Both the position numbers and the translations under genes were made by a program. A stretch of DNA of 64,000 bases, from NCBI GenBank assembly GCA_025558095.1, contig JAIVFI010000040.1:248001-312000 (forward strand). The letters are read 5' to 3'. The stretch is from Hyaloraphidium curvatum SAG 235-1. Its lineage: Eukaryota; Fungi; Monoblepharomycota. Shown here in pieces: positions 1 through 11,518 of this stretch; the first letter of the stretch is position 1; each line of letters begins with the position of its first letter. Below the pieces are notes generated by a model. The model did not search any database. It saw only the letters and a list, made by a program, of their open reading frames with translations, and was not told the origin of the DNA.

Positions 1-3000
1 GCGCATCTCGCAGGAGACGGTGCGGCAGCTGGGCCGCGTGCTGGGCAAGGTGGTCCACGGCAACCCCGTGATCGCGTACCCGATCGTCCTGGCCACCATT
101 GAGGAGTACTCCAACTTCATCGCGCCGATCGTCGAGTCGTCCAAGTACGTGACGCACTTCGGAATCGATGTCCTCAGCGACTCGCTGCTGGCCAAGCTCG
201 AGGGCGACCGCGACCGGCTCAAGGCCGACGGCGTGAGCGTGGAAAAGTGGTTCATGAACATCGCGATGTTTGCCTCGGCGGCCCTCAAGAAGCACTCGGA
301 CCGGATGGAACTCTCGGGCTTCCTCAAGCTCGTCTACGACCGCCTGACCGAGAAGGAGTCGGTGGCGGACCTCACCATCCTCGCCGAAATCATCAGCAAG
401 ATGGCCGGCATCGAGAGCATCGAGAGCCTGTCGGACGCGCAGCTCGAGGCGCTCAGCGGCGGCGACACCCTGCGCCGCGAGGGCGTCTACGGCGCCGAGA
501 TCAACCGCAACACGCGCAAGAGCAGCGTCAAGCTCCGCGACACGCTGGTCGAGAACCGGCTGGCAACGGCCATGGCGCTCGCGATCGGCCGCGAACGCGC
601 GGTGGTGGCGCACAGCGACATTGCCGAGCACCTCAAGATGATCTCGAGCATGTACGACCAGTGCCAGGACAGCCTGGTGCAGTACGCCGAGTTCCTTGCG
701 GGCAGCCTGGACGCCGCGGCGTACGGCGAGGTGATGCCCATGCCGGACGAGCTGGTGCTGGACTATCACCTGGAGCCGGACGTGGCCTTCCACCTGGCCA
801 GGCCCAAGCTCAACCACGCCATTCGGGCGGCGGACGCGGCGAAAAAGGCACAGGCGGCGCTGGCCAACGCGACAAAGCCGGCTGTGGCCGCACCGGAGAA
901 GGAAAAGCCGGCGGAAAAGAAGGAGGCCTCGGTCGAGAACGGCACGGACAAGGCGGGTTCGGCCATGGATGTCGACGAACCGGCGGTCAAGGTGGAAACG
1001 GCACCGGTGGAGCAGAAGGAGGCGGACGTGTGGCATCCGGGTCTCCTGGAGATCATCCGTCGGGTCGAACGGATCCTGCCTCAGCCGACGTGGAAGGGCA
1101 TCAGCCCCAACTTCTACGTCACCTTCTGGCAGCTCTCGCTCTACGACATCCACGTGCCCAAAGCTCGGTACCAGAGCCAGATCGATACGGAGCGGCAGAA
1201 GATGAAGGAACTCGACCCGACGGATCAGAAGTCCTTCAAGAGCGACAAGGCGGGGCAGGAGAAGCGGCGCATGTACGAGCGCTCGGCGACCCTCGTCAAG
1301 ACCTTGGAGCAGGAGCTCAGGGAGCAGCAGGAGAACCACAAGAAGGTGCTTGCGCGGCTGCAGCGCGAAAAGGACCACTGGTTTGCGGCGGACGGTGGGT
1401 CTATGAACCGTGTCCATGACGACCTTTTGCTCATGCTCCATGAACGGGATACAGGTCAACGCCATAGCGCCACGAACCTGCTATCGCAGCATTGCCTCGT
1501 CCCGCGGGGCTTCTTTTCGCACACCGACGCCGTATACTGCGCCAAGTTTGTCTTCCTCATCCACAAGATGGGAGCAGCCAACTTTTCCACCATTGCACTG
1601 TTGGATCGGGTGAGTTCTCTCTTGCGACACGCGCCGCCGTTTTTCGGCAACTTATTCAATCGGCAGAGTCTGTCCGACATCACGATCTTCGTGATCGGTG
1701 CCACGGAAAACGAGGCGAGGCATTACGGTCGCTGGCTCTCGGAGGTCCTTCACACGCTGCACCGCTGGTACCTGAGCCGGAAGCTGTTCGAGGAGGAGGG
1801 CAGGGGCCCGGGCGAGGGCTTGCCCGGCCTTGTGATGGTGTCCGGTCGTCGTGGGCCGGACGACAAGACACCTGCCCCGCTGGACTACGCAGGTTTCCAA
1901 AGGATTCACGGCAAGTGGTTCGACAGGATTCAGCTGGTGAGTCCGCCGTAAAGGGTCTACGGGTCACAAGAAGCTGAAGCATCTTCGCAGGCTCTGACCC
2001 ACTGCCTGTCTTCTGGAGAGTACATGCGGATGCGGAATGCCATAATTGTGCTCGACGCCATCATCCCTTTTTTCCCCAACAAGGTTTCGATGCGCAGAAA
2101 GCTCGTCGAGATCGTCGAGGAGGCGATGAAACACGAGGAAGGGCGCAAGGAATCACGCCGGGACATCCTGCAGCTCCTTCGGAACTGTTTGGGCAAGCTC
2201 CAGCAGAAAAAGGACCTCGTCGACGACGAGCCGTCGCACGATCGCGGAGGGGCCGTGCCTGCCGGCGGCGACTCCAAGACTGGAGATCGGGGCTCATCGA
2301 GCTTGCGACCTTCGGTCGATTCCGGTAAAGGGAGGCCAAGTTCGGATAGAGCCCCCTCTCCTCGGCCGCTTCCGCCTCGGACCGCGTCACCTGCGGTCCA
2401 CGATGGGCGGGGTCAATCTTTGAATCCGGAGGCGGTGCCTTTTGTGCCATCGGGGCAGGACAGGCCGTCTTCCACAAAACCGGATGCTGCGCAGCCGCCG
2501 CCACCTCCACCTCCTCCCGCAACGAAGCCGGCGGAATCCGGAGCACGCGATAAACCGCCGGTATGAAGCTCCTCGTGTCGCACAAATCAGCTGCATTCCA
2601 ATGACTTCATTCGTTGCAGGCTGACGGCAGGCGTCCAGGACCGCCTGCTCCATCTCTGCCGAGCCGACCGTCAGTGACCGTCTCTAGCTCCGACCGTGGC
2701 GCAAGCTCCTCATCGAGGCGTGACGGGCCTGCATCCACCTCTGGCCCATCTCGGGAAGCTCGGCCCCCTCCACCTCCGCCGCCTCCGGATGCACCCCGTG
2801 ATCGGGAACGTGACAATGCGGACGCTCGCGACAGTTCCAGATCTCGTCCCGCTCCAGCGGAAAGGAGCGATCGAGAGCGAGAACGCGAGCGCGACCGGGA
2901 CAGGGAGGAAAGAGATCGCCGCAGGGCGCGGGACCCGCGCGAGAAGGACAGATTGGAGCGCGAAGGTGTCCGTGACGGGCGCGATCGCGGCGGGCAACCG

Positions 3001-4681
3001 AGAGACGGCCGCGATGGAAGTCGTGCCGAAGGAGCCGCACATGACAAGCCTCCTCCTCCGCCGCCGCCTCCGCCTCCTCCGGCTGAAAGGCGTGGATCAC
3101 CTGGCTCGCGGGATGGCCCTCGGGACGGCGTGCGACCTGCTGAGCGGGACTCTGGGCGGCGCACGGAGCGGGAACGGGAGCCCGTCCGAGGCGATCGGGA
3201 GGGTGGCAGGCCCGGCGAAAGAGAGGCTGCCCGGCCTTCCGACAGGGAAGCAAGTCGACCTTCCGACAGGGACGGCGGCCGACCTTCCGATCGTGATTCC
3301 GTCCGGGCCCAAGATAGGGACCGAGAACCGGGCCGAGCGATCGAGAAAGAGCCTGCTCGGGAAGCTCCTCGCCCGCCCGAACCAGGTGGCCAAGCTGGCG
3401 ATTCTCGGCCGCCCCCGCCCCCGGGCGGATCGCCACTTTCGCCTTCCGGAATAACGATCGCCGGCCGAGCGAAGAGACCCGAGGGATCCGGGCCCGCGAT
3501 GGACCAGGCTGTTGGCAAGCCAAAGAGCATCCTCGATCGCCTCGGCAGTCGCGTGGGGACCACTGCGCCAGCGGACAGGCCTGACGACAAGTCTCGGAGC
3601 ACGAGTCGTGATCGCGACGAATCCTCTTCCAACCGCGATCGCGATCCCCGGCGAGGGCGGGAGGACGAAAAGGACAGGGAACGCACCCCGACGAGGCGCC
3701 GTGATGAGCCGTCTCGGAAGGACTTGCCGTCGAGCGCGCGGGAGGATTCGCTATCCCGGAAAGAGAAGGAGCCGGCGCGCGATGACAGGGAGAAGGACAA
3801 GGAGAAAGACAGGGACAAGGACAAGGATCGCGGGCGACGGCGGCGGTCAACTTCGCGGTCTCGGTCGTCCAAGGACAAGCCTGGTCGAGGGCGAAGCCGG
3901 AGCCGAAGTGCGGATCGTCATCGAGACCGTGATCGGCATAAGTCTGGCCGCGAAGGCCAGGACAGCGATCGCGAACGTGCCGAAAAGGCAGCGGAGAAGA
4001 AGGACCCGGCGAGTTCGCGGAAACGAACCGACAGGGTGGGTGTCTGGCTCATCGGCAGTGCTGCACGCGTTCGTGAACTTCCTTTTTCTTGTACAGGAAA
4101 CTTCGCCGGATGGTTCCAAGGACGATCGTCGGCGGGAAGAAGCCAAGAGGATCAAGGAGGATGAACCGTCGCCAGGCGGGTCCGGCGATGGTGCAGGGGC
4201 CGGCAGAAAGCGGCGCGCGGCCGAGATCTCGACTGGAGCCGACGCGGCCCCGCCGCCTGCGCCCGAGGTCGATAGCCCGGTCGACAGCGGTGGCGACCCG
4301 GCGACCAAGCGGCGGAAGCTGGACCGCAACCCCAGCTACGGCCGTGCGCTGAACGTCGCCATGACCGAGGCCTCGCAGCAGAGCCCTTCGTCGGGCAAAG
4401 GCGAGAGCAAGAACGCGGCCCCTCCGCCGCCTCCACCGCCGCCGGAACGGACGGCGGACAGGCGCACGCCGCCCTCCGAGCAGCCTCGGCGCCCGGCAGC
4501 CCCTGGTGATCGGCCTCCGCCTCCGCTACAGCCCCAAGGCGGCGATCCGGGCTCCTTGAGAGGTTCCCCGCGAGACGACGGTCCTCCGCGGAGCACCCGA
4601 GAGTGAGTGATCGGGGCGATTCCTTGTGATAAGCTCTCGTGCTCACGGTGTTCCCCTCGCAGATCGAGAAGGAAGCGCTAA
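1..4681 (+). CDS. THO2: THO complex subunit 2 (5'-partial), with long RD/RE/Pro-rich C-terminal tail
   Basis: ORF 20-1951 has Tho2 hallmarks (FYVTFWQLSLYDIHVP, DAVYCAKF, EYMRMRNAIIVL after splicing). Inferred GT-AG introns ~1395-1454, 1610-1666, 1937-1990, 2561-2619, 4036-4096, 4603-4662; stop TAA 4679-4681. Confidence 0.9.
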
Positions 4682-4928
4682 TTCAATACCATGATTCCAT
4701 CTTACATGTACATTGATACCACTTGAGCAATGGAACTGACTCGTTCGTCTTGAGTGCCCGATCACATGGTCCGCTCAGCCACGGTCCCTGTCGACTCCGT
4801 TTCTCGCCCGGCATTACCCAGGCTGTCGTCCCTGCAAACACATCGCAGGTCAGCTACCGCTGATGTCGAAGTTGCGACTCGCTCGGCCGACCGGGATTCC
4901 CGTCTCTAGACACCCTTGAACCGGAGCC

Positions 4929-5660
4929 ATGGCCGCTGCCGCGAAATCGACCGAGGGAGGCAAGGGCGCTGACGCGACGACCGTGGTCGGCGCGGGCGGG
5001 CTTCTCGGCTTTGCTAGTGGGCTTGGCAGTTTCCAGGCCGGTGGCCGGGCCCTGACCAGGTCCATGTCGTGCCCCCTGCCCCATCCCGCTTCCGCGACCC
5101 CACATCGACACCTCATCGCGCTCTCTTGCTCCCCCACGCGACTCCACGTCGACACCTCATCGCGCCCTCCTGCTTCCCTGCCTCCGAATCTGAATCAAAG
5201 CGGGATATTTCTTCAAAAAGGTAATCGATTTTGGTTCGTGGGCTACGAATCTTCGCTAATAGTTCCAACAGCTCGGGAAAATGGCTCTGTTCGTTACAGG
5301 AGCTGGAGTCGTGGCTATCCAGGCAAGTGTCCTTTCATTCATGCCTTGGGACGGAGGCGACAGTCGTTTTGGATCACGGATCACTGACGGGGCAGTCGTC
5401 ACAGTTCCTCGCACACAAGGGTGTCGTGGAGGTCGACTGGACCAAGATCGGGAACAGCGTCGAAAAGGCGCTTGATTCCGACGGCGACGGGAAGCTGACG
5501 CACAAGGACGTCACGAGCGAGCTCAAGAAGGTCGTCTCGTTCGCCTCGTACCGGATGCCCTGGGCAGCAGCCTTTTCCGTCGGCTTCTACGCCGGCATCC
5601 GGTGAGCTTCCTTCTTTTCGAGCTCATGACGAGGTCTGACGCCTCCGCAGCTACGGGTAG
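4929..5660 (+). CDS. FUN14-domain mitochondrial outer-membrane protein
   Basis: Spliced product GGLLGFATGYFFKKLGKMALFVTGAGVVAIQFLAHKGVVEVDW..DGDGK..FSVGFYAGIRYG matches the FUN14 pattern. Introns 5016-5200, 5221-5271, 5323-5404 (GC-AG), 5602-5650. Confidence 0.85.
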
Positions 5661-6041
5661 ATCACGGTCAATCCGCTCGACTGGCATCTTCTGAGCTATT
5701 GGCCATCCTGTGACCCCGTATGTAAAACGGCTGTCCTTTGTATCATGAGTGAACAGAATTTCGAGTGAATTGGTCCAGCATCCAGTCCAGCGGCCAGGCG
5801 AGCCCGGTTTTCGGGGCTTCGAGGAGGGTCCGCCTTCCGCGGCCCCGGCCCGCCATCAGGGACTGAACACGGCCTGAGCAATCCCGGCCCCAACCCCGAC
5901 GCGTCGGTCCTGACACATCCCTCGAACTTCTTGCAAGGTAAGCTCCACATCCCATTCGGCGGACTGCGCGAAACGGGCGGCTCGCGGCGGCGCTTCCTCC
6001 GTCCTCGGGACTCATCGGTACCTCTCCTCAGCAACCCGAAC

Positions 6042-7624
6042 ATGCTGCGCGGACGCGGTGGAGCCGGCGGCGGCCCTCTTGGTGGCGGCCCTCTCGGTGG
6101 CGGAGGCGATAAGCGGTACAAGGTTCGCGGACCGGAGCCGGGCGGCGCCACCGGGAACGGGTGTTGACCATTGGCCTTCCGCCGCCTTCACCTCCGTGTC
6201 ATCCGGACTGATTGTCGCCACGCTGCCGCGTCTATCGAATCCTTTTCGGACGTCATCAGATGAGGCAGAACCTCGTTTCCCTCGGCGACGACTTCTGGAT
6301 CGAGAACATGCGCGGCCAGAGAATGTTGGTCGTGCCCTCCTGCGCTTGCGCGTCCCGCTCACCGATGCCCCCGCCAGGTTCAAGGTCAACGGCAAGGTCC
6401 TCACCATCGGTGCGTGCTCGCCCGCGGACGGCGTGGATTCGCATCGCCCGCTCACGGTTGCGGGCCCGTCCCAGCCAACACGCTGGTCTTCGAGACGCCG
6501 CGCGGGGAACCCCTGTGCCAAATCCAGGCCAAGGTCATCACCATCAGGAGGACCATGGACATCGAGCGCCACCGCGGCGCGGGCCCCCCGTTCGCCACGG
6601 TCAAGAAGGACCTCATCAACGTCGTCAGGTGCTCGCGGCTTTTCCCGGCATCCCCCGTATCCTGATCACGCCAAACACAGGGACGAATACGACGTCATGG
6701 TAGCCGGCAAGCCGCCGCTCCAGGTCCGCGGCAACATCCTGGACCACGAGTACAGGATCCTCGGCCAGGGCGGGAGGCAGATCGCCGAGATCAGCAAGAA
6801 GTGGATCGCGCTGGTGGACACGTACGTGATCGACCTGGAGGACAACAACATGTACGACGACTGGTGGGTCTCCCGAAGTGCAGTGTCTGCGGATCCCGGG
6901 CCGGGACCGCCGCGGTTTCCGCCCTTTGTTCCGCCGCGATCGGCGCTGACCCCCGCCCCCGCAGGCTGATCCTGGCCATCTGCGTCGCCGTGGACCAGAT
7001 GTCGCACGACGAGCGCGTCTCCGAGACCCCCGGCGTGCACACGGTCGACCAGGGCAACCACCTCGGCGGCACCGTCGCCGCTGGCGCGACCGCCGCGGTG
7101 GTCAACAACCCGGTCGCCGGCGCGGTCGCGGTCGGCGCCGCCACGGGCAGCGTCGCCGCCGGCGTAGCCACGGCCGCGGTGGCGAGCTCGGTGCAGCAGC
7201 AGCCGCAGTACGCGCCCCCGCCGCGCGCCGCCCCGCCGCCGGCCGCCCCCGCGGCGCTTCCTCCTGGGTGGATCCAGCAGAAGGACCCCGCATCGGGAGC
7301 CTACTTTTTCGTTGATACGACGCGCAACTTCACCACCTGGGTTGGTTTCTCGTTGCTCTGAATTCGGCGGGAGCTGACCTTCCTCGCCAGGACGACCCCC
7401 GCACCGCCGCCGTCGAAACCGGCCCCGCTCCCCCCGTCCCCGTGCAGCAGGCTCCCCCGCCGCAGGCCGCCTACGCCCCGCCGCCCGGGCCCCCGCCGAA
7501 GCAGGGCCCCGGGCTCGTGGCCACGGTCGCCAAAGGCGCCGTCGTCAACGCGGCGCTGGGAGGCAAGGGCGGCGTCGGCGCCGCGCTGGTCACCGGGTCG
7601 ATCCTGAACGCCGGCAAGAGGTAA
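6042..7624 (+). CDS. LURP-one-related (tubby C/scramblase-like) domain + WW domain protein
   Basis: Spliced exons give MRQNLVSLGDDFWIEN..FKVNGK..GNILDHEY..IAEISKKW..DTYVIDL..LILAICVAVD (LURP1 pattern), then LPPGWIQQKDPASGAYFFVDTTRNFTTWDDPR (WW). Confidence 0.85.
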
Positions 7625-7812
7625 ACGGGGTTGGACGGGAGGAAAAGGCGTGGGGATCGTAAAATATTGGCATGGGCGTCTCCGAGCAAGTTCATTCCAG
7701 TTATGCCAAATCAATAAAGGCTACGGCCGACATTCCAATCCGTCCCCGGGCCTCGGTAGACACGCTCGCACTGGCCGTCCACCTCGTCCCCGTCCCCGAC
7801 CCCCCCGAACCA

Positions 7813-8313
7813 TCAGGAAAGGCACAGCCAGCTCCTCGACCCGTTCACGACCCCCCAGCTCTCCACGGAATCCCACGCCCCCGCCAGGTAGGCGATCCGC
7901 ACGGCCGCGAGCAGCACCGAGCAGCCGAGGTTCAGCGCCACGCCGGGCTTGTTCCAGCTGGTCTGGGGCGGGGCCTTGGCGACCAGGGGCGTGCACCAGG
8001 TGAAGCAGTGCAGGTAGTCCGAGACCAGCTTCACGCCCAAGACTATCTTCTTGAGCATCAACGGAACGTACACTATGGCCCCGGAGAAGACGCAGAAGTT
8101 GATGGCGCAGAGGGTGCACAGGATGCAGCCGTAGGAGCGTGCCCAGAAGATCGTGACGATCTGATCGACCTCCGGGGGAGGCAGGATGGAGTAGTGCATC
8201 TCGAAGAACTTCAGTGGGAGCACGAGGGCGAAGAGGGCGGCGAACAGGGTCGTTATCGGCTCGAGCCAACCGAAGAGGATGGTCGGGAGGGTGACGGGGA
8301 ACGGGGAGGCCAT
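7813..8313 (-). CDS. Small multi-pass membrane protein (fungal-type, 'LFGWLEP' N-terminus)
   Basis: 166-aa intronless ORF with about four hydrophobic segments and coding-like GC3. Confidence 0.7.
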   Translation of the reverse strand: MASPFPVTLPTILFGWLEPITTLFAALFALVLPLKFFEMHYSILPPPEVDQIVTIFWARSYGCILCTLCAINFCVFSGAIVYVPLMLKKIVLGVKLVSDYLHCFTWCTPLVAKAPPQTSWNKPGVALNLGCSVLLAAVRIAYLAGAWDSVESWGVVNGSRSWLCLS

Positions 8314-8627
8314 TCCCGCCGGTGGCGCGGTATCCCGGCTGATGCAAACGGTGTCTCTGAGGAGGCACGAAGCCGATCCGGGCAGCGATGGCGCGGCCGG
8401 GGGTCACGGGGTGCCTGGGAGCCAGGGAGCGTCGGCGGGGCGGTGGCCCGGTCCGTGCGGCCTGTCTGCGCCCGCCGGCGACGCGATCCTCCAAGAAAGC
8501 TGCAAATTTAGCTGTTGAGCGGGCCTGCCGGAGCCGCGGACGCCCGCCGAGACGTTCCACGGATTTGTTGACCACGGCCAGCAGGCCGCGTCCGATCACC
8601 GCCGCGCTCAACCACTCAGGGCCCGCG

Positions 8628-10499
8628 ATGCCCCTCGCAGCGGCCCGCTCGGCCCAGGCTCGCGTCAGTCGCACCGTGCGGAATTGCCATGGCGTGCCGC
8701 GGCGCCTCTTCGGGGCGTCGGCGGCGTGTTCTGCGCGCTATCCGGGCGGGGCCGCGCCGGCCAAGAGGGGGCCGCCCGCGCTGTTCGCCGGCCACGCGAC
8801 GGACGACGCCACGCGCGACTACGCGGCGTTCTTTGCCGGGCTGCCGTTCCACCGCGTGCCGCTCGCCGCGCTCACCGTGTCGCGCGCGGGCTTCGGCGCG
8901 CACCGCGTGGCAGGCAACCCGAGGGAGACCGCCGCGCTGTCGCTCGCATTGCGCGGCGGATTCAACGTCGTCGACACTTCGAGCACCTTCGAGCAGGGCA
9001 GGTCGGAAAAGGCGGTAGGCAGGGTGCTCAAGGACCTGCTGGACCCCGCAAAGCCCGCTTCGCTATCGCGCGAGCTGCTCGCTCGGCCCTCGGACGGCGC
9101 GCCCAAGCTGCAGCGCGCGCACATCGTGCTGCTCTCCAAGGCCGGCCCCGTGCCGCCGTCCATCGCAGCCGACCTGCCGCCCACAATCCCGACATACAGC
9201 CTGCAGGGCAACCCGGCCTCGCGCCACTCGATCGACCCCGACTTCCTCTCGTGGTCCATCGACCGCAGCCGCAAAGCCATGGGCGTCGAGACCATCGACT
9301 GCTACGGCATCGACGGGCTGGAGCAGCTGTTCAAGGGCAGCGGCCTCTTTGAGCAGACCGTGTGGGACCTCTTCGAGACCGCCGCCGCCTTCCTCGAGGA
9401 CGAGTGCGCAAAGGGCACCCGCATCCGCCGCTGGTTCCTCGCCAGCACCTCCATTCCCGCCGCCTCCCTACCCAACTCGGACCGCACGAAGGACGGCTCG
9501 CTATCGCTGCACCGCGTCCTGGAGGCCGTCGCCTCCGCCGTCCGCCGGCGCTCCCCCTCCTCCCCACCCCTCGGCCACCTCATTGGGATCCAATACCCCT
9601 CCAACCTCTTCGAACGCCAGGCCTACCTCCCCGGCGGCCTCGGCGCGCAGTGCCGCGCCGCGGGCCTGTGGCAGCTCGCCAACCGGCCCCTGAACGCAAT
9701 CACCCACTCGGGCAAGGTGCGCACGCTCTCGGACGGGCCGGACGCGGTGCAGGGCTGGTTGTCCGGGGACCCGGACGCCCCCGCGGCGTATGCCAAGCGG
9801 AGCGAGGACGCGCTGCCGGCGCTCTTTTCCCTGCTCGCGGCGCACGAGGAGCTCCTCAACGCCGCCGACGCCTCCCTCGCGCTCTCGTGGTCCTCGGTCG
9901 TACTCAAGAACCTCGACGCGCTGGCGGGGAACTTCCTCGCGTGCAGGGCGTGGGTGGACCGCAAGCTGATCCCCAACGTGCGCGAGACGCTGGACGGGCA
10001 CCTGATCGACCCCGACGAGCCGCCGCCCGGGCCCGGGGACAGGATGCCGGCGGAGGATCTCGAGAGCATGGAGCCGGAGGAGATGGACGCGCAGGCGGTC
10101 TATGCGGTCGCGCGGTCGTACGCGTACCTGCTCTACAGCGAGCTGCCGCCGGCGCTGTTCGCCGTGGCGAGGCGCAATTCGGCGCTCGAGAACGCCGAGC
10201 TCGCCGAGGAGCTGGGGAAGATGGTGGCGCCGGAAAAGAGGATGGCGAGGAGGTGGGGCGCGCAGGGGTGGGCGCTCGAGTTTGGGCTGGGGACGGAGCC
10301 GGGGGACCCGGTGCTTGCCGGGGAGGGGCCGAGCGGAGAGGTGGAAGGGGGGGCGACGACCACCCTCATCGGAATGAGGGACCCGGCATACGTGAGGATG
10401 GCGGCGGAGGTGCTGCAGGTCGCGGCGGATCCGGGCAAGCGGCTCGGCGAAAGGGAGTGGAAGAGGATCATGGACGATTGTGCCGCGCTCCAGGCCTGA
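8628..10499 (+). CDS. Aldo/keto reductase-fold protein with probable mitochondrial presequence
   Basis: GFGAHRV..GFNVVDTSSTFEQGRSEKAVG, SRKAMGVETID, IQYPSNL, NRPLNA, LIGMRDPAYV motifs; Arg/Ala-rich N-terminus; intronless. Confidence 0.75.
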   Translation: MPLAAARSAQARVSRTVRNCHGVPRRLFGASAACSARYPGGAAPAKRGPPALFAGHATDDATRDYAAFFAGLPFHRVPLAALTVSRAGFGAHRVAGNPRETAALSLALRGGFNVVDTSSTFEQGRSEKAVGRVLKDLLDPAKPASLSRELLARPSDGAPKLQRAHIVLLSKAGPVPPSIAADLPPTIPTYSLQGNPASRHSIDPDFLSWSIDRSRKAMGVETIDCYGIDGLEQLFKGSGLFEQTVWDLFETAAAFLEDECAKGTRIRRWFLASTSIPAASLPNSDRTKDGSLSLHRVLEAVASAVRRRSPSSPPLGHLIGIQYPSNLFERQAYLPGGLGAQCRAAGLWQLANRPLNAITHSGKVRTLSDGPDAVQGWLSGDPDAPAAYAKRSEDALPALFSLLAAHEELLNAADASLALSWSSVVLKNLDALAGNFLACRAWVDRKLIPNVRETLDGHLIDPDEPPPGPGDRMPAEDLESMEPEEMDAQAVYAVARSYAYLLYSELPPALFAVARRNSALENAELAEELGKMVAPEKRMARRWGAQGWALEFGLGTEPGDPVLAGEGPSGEVEGGATTTLIGMRDPAYVRMAAEVLQVAADPGKRLGEREWKRIMDDCAALQA

Positions 10500-10577
10500 A
10501 AGCGATAGATTCTGTGGTTCGTCGAATCAAGACGCAAGATACAGATGGCGCAGATCAACACCCCGGCGCTTGTTGGT

Positions 10578-11378
10578 TCACCGGCGCCTGTCGCGGCTGC
10601 GGTCCCGGTTCCTATCCCGGCCGCCCCTGTCTCGGCTGCGGCTCCTCTCCCTTCCGCGGTCGCGGTCCGCCTCCCTGCTGCGGCTCCGCTCCCTCGGTTT
10701 CGCGTCCCGGTCCCTGTCCCTGCTTCGGCTCCGCTCGCGCCGCTTCCCGTCGCGGCGGTCGTCGCGCCCTTTGCTCTTCTTCCTGCGGTCGTCCTCCGAC
10801 CTCGAATCCGTCGACTCGGAGGAAGAAGGCGACCTCCGCCGCTTGGAGCTCCGCTTCTTATCCCCCGACCCCTTCCGCTTCCTCTTCCGGCGGTCGGAAT
10901 CCGAGCTGTCCGAGGAGGAAAAGTCCGAGGAGCTGCTCGAGTCGCTCTCGGAGGTCGACCCGAGCGAGTCCGACGAGCTCCCGCTGTCCGACGAGCTGCT
11001 GCTCGACGCCCGCCGCTTCTTCGGCTTCTTGGCCTCCTTCTCCTTCGGCTTCTCCTTCTCCTTCGGCTTCGGCTTGGCAGCCTGCGCCTCCCTCTCCCTG
11101 GCCTTCTCCGCCATCGCCCTCTCAACCGCCATCTTCTGCGGATCCAGCACCCCCCCTTTCGGCACCACCACCCCCTTTGGCGGCGGCAACCCCCTGCCCC
11201 CGGCCACCTGCGGCGCCGCGGGTTTCTTGAGCGGGATCGTGTTGCGGCACTGGAACGCAAAGTGGCCCGGCTGGCCGCACTTTTTGCAGCCGCCGGGCTG
11301 GATCTGCACGGCGTCGCGGCCGGCGGCGAGGCGCGCGAAGGCTTCGGCGCCGCGTTGCTGCAGATCCGAGGGGTCCAT
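10578..11378 (-). CDS. SREK1IP1-like CCHC zinc-knuckle, Ser/Arg-rich splicing-associated protein
   Basis: GGCKKCGQPGHFAFQCRN knuckle, then K-rich, poly-S and RS/RD repeats. Confidence 0.8.
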   Translation of the reverse strand: MDPSDLQQRGAEAFARLAAGRDAVQIQPGGCKKCGQPGHFAFQCRNTIPLKKPAAPQVAGGRGLPPPKGVVVPKGGVLDPQKMAVERAMAEKAREREAQAAKPKPKEKEKPKEKEAKKPKKRRASSSSSSDSGSSSDSLGSTSESDSSSSSDFSSSDSSDSDRRKRKRKGSGDKKRSSKRRRSPSSSESTDSRSEDDRRKKSKGRDDRRDGKRRERSRSRDRDRDAKPRERSRSREADRDRGRERSRSRDRGGRDRNRDRSRDRRR

Positions 11379-11518
11379 TCTTCCCGGCGGGGTGGAAGAG
11401 GAATGGGAACAGCAGGCCGTTCCCACGAAAAGGGAGTGTGTCGGCTTGCCGCCAACTCCAGCTTCCCGCGAGGCGACAGCACTTTCGGCCACTAATCGGA
11501 GCCTCTAACATTACGGAG

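Noticed and set aside
2607-4606. Separate RD/RS-rich genes
   Set aside because: They join THO2 in frame through canonical introns.
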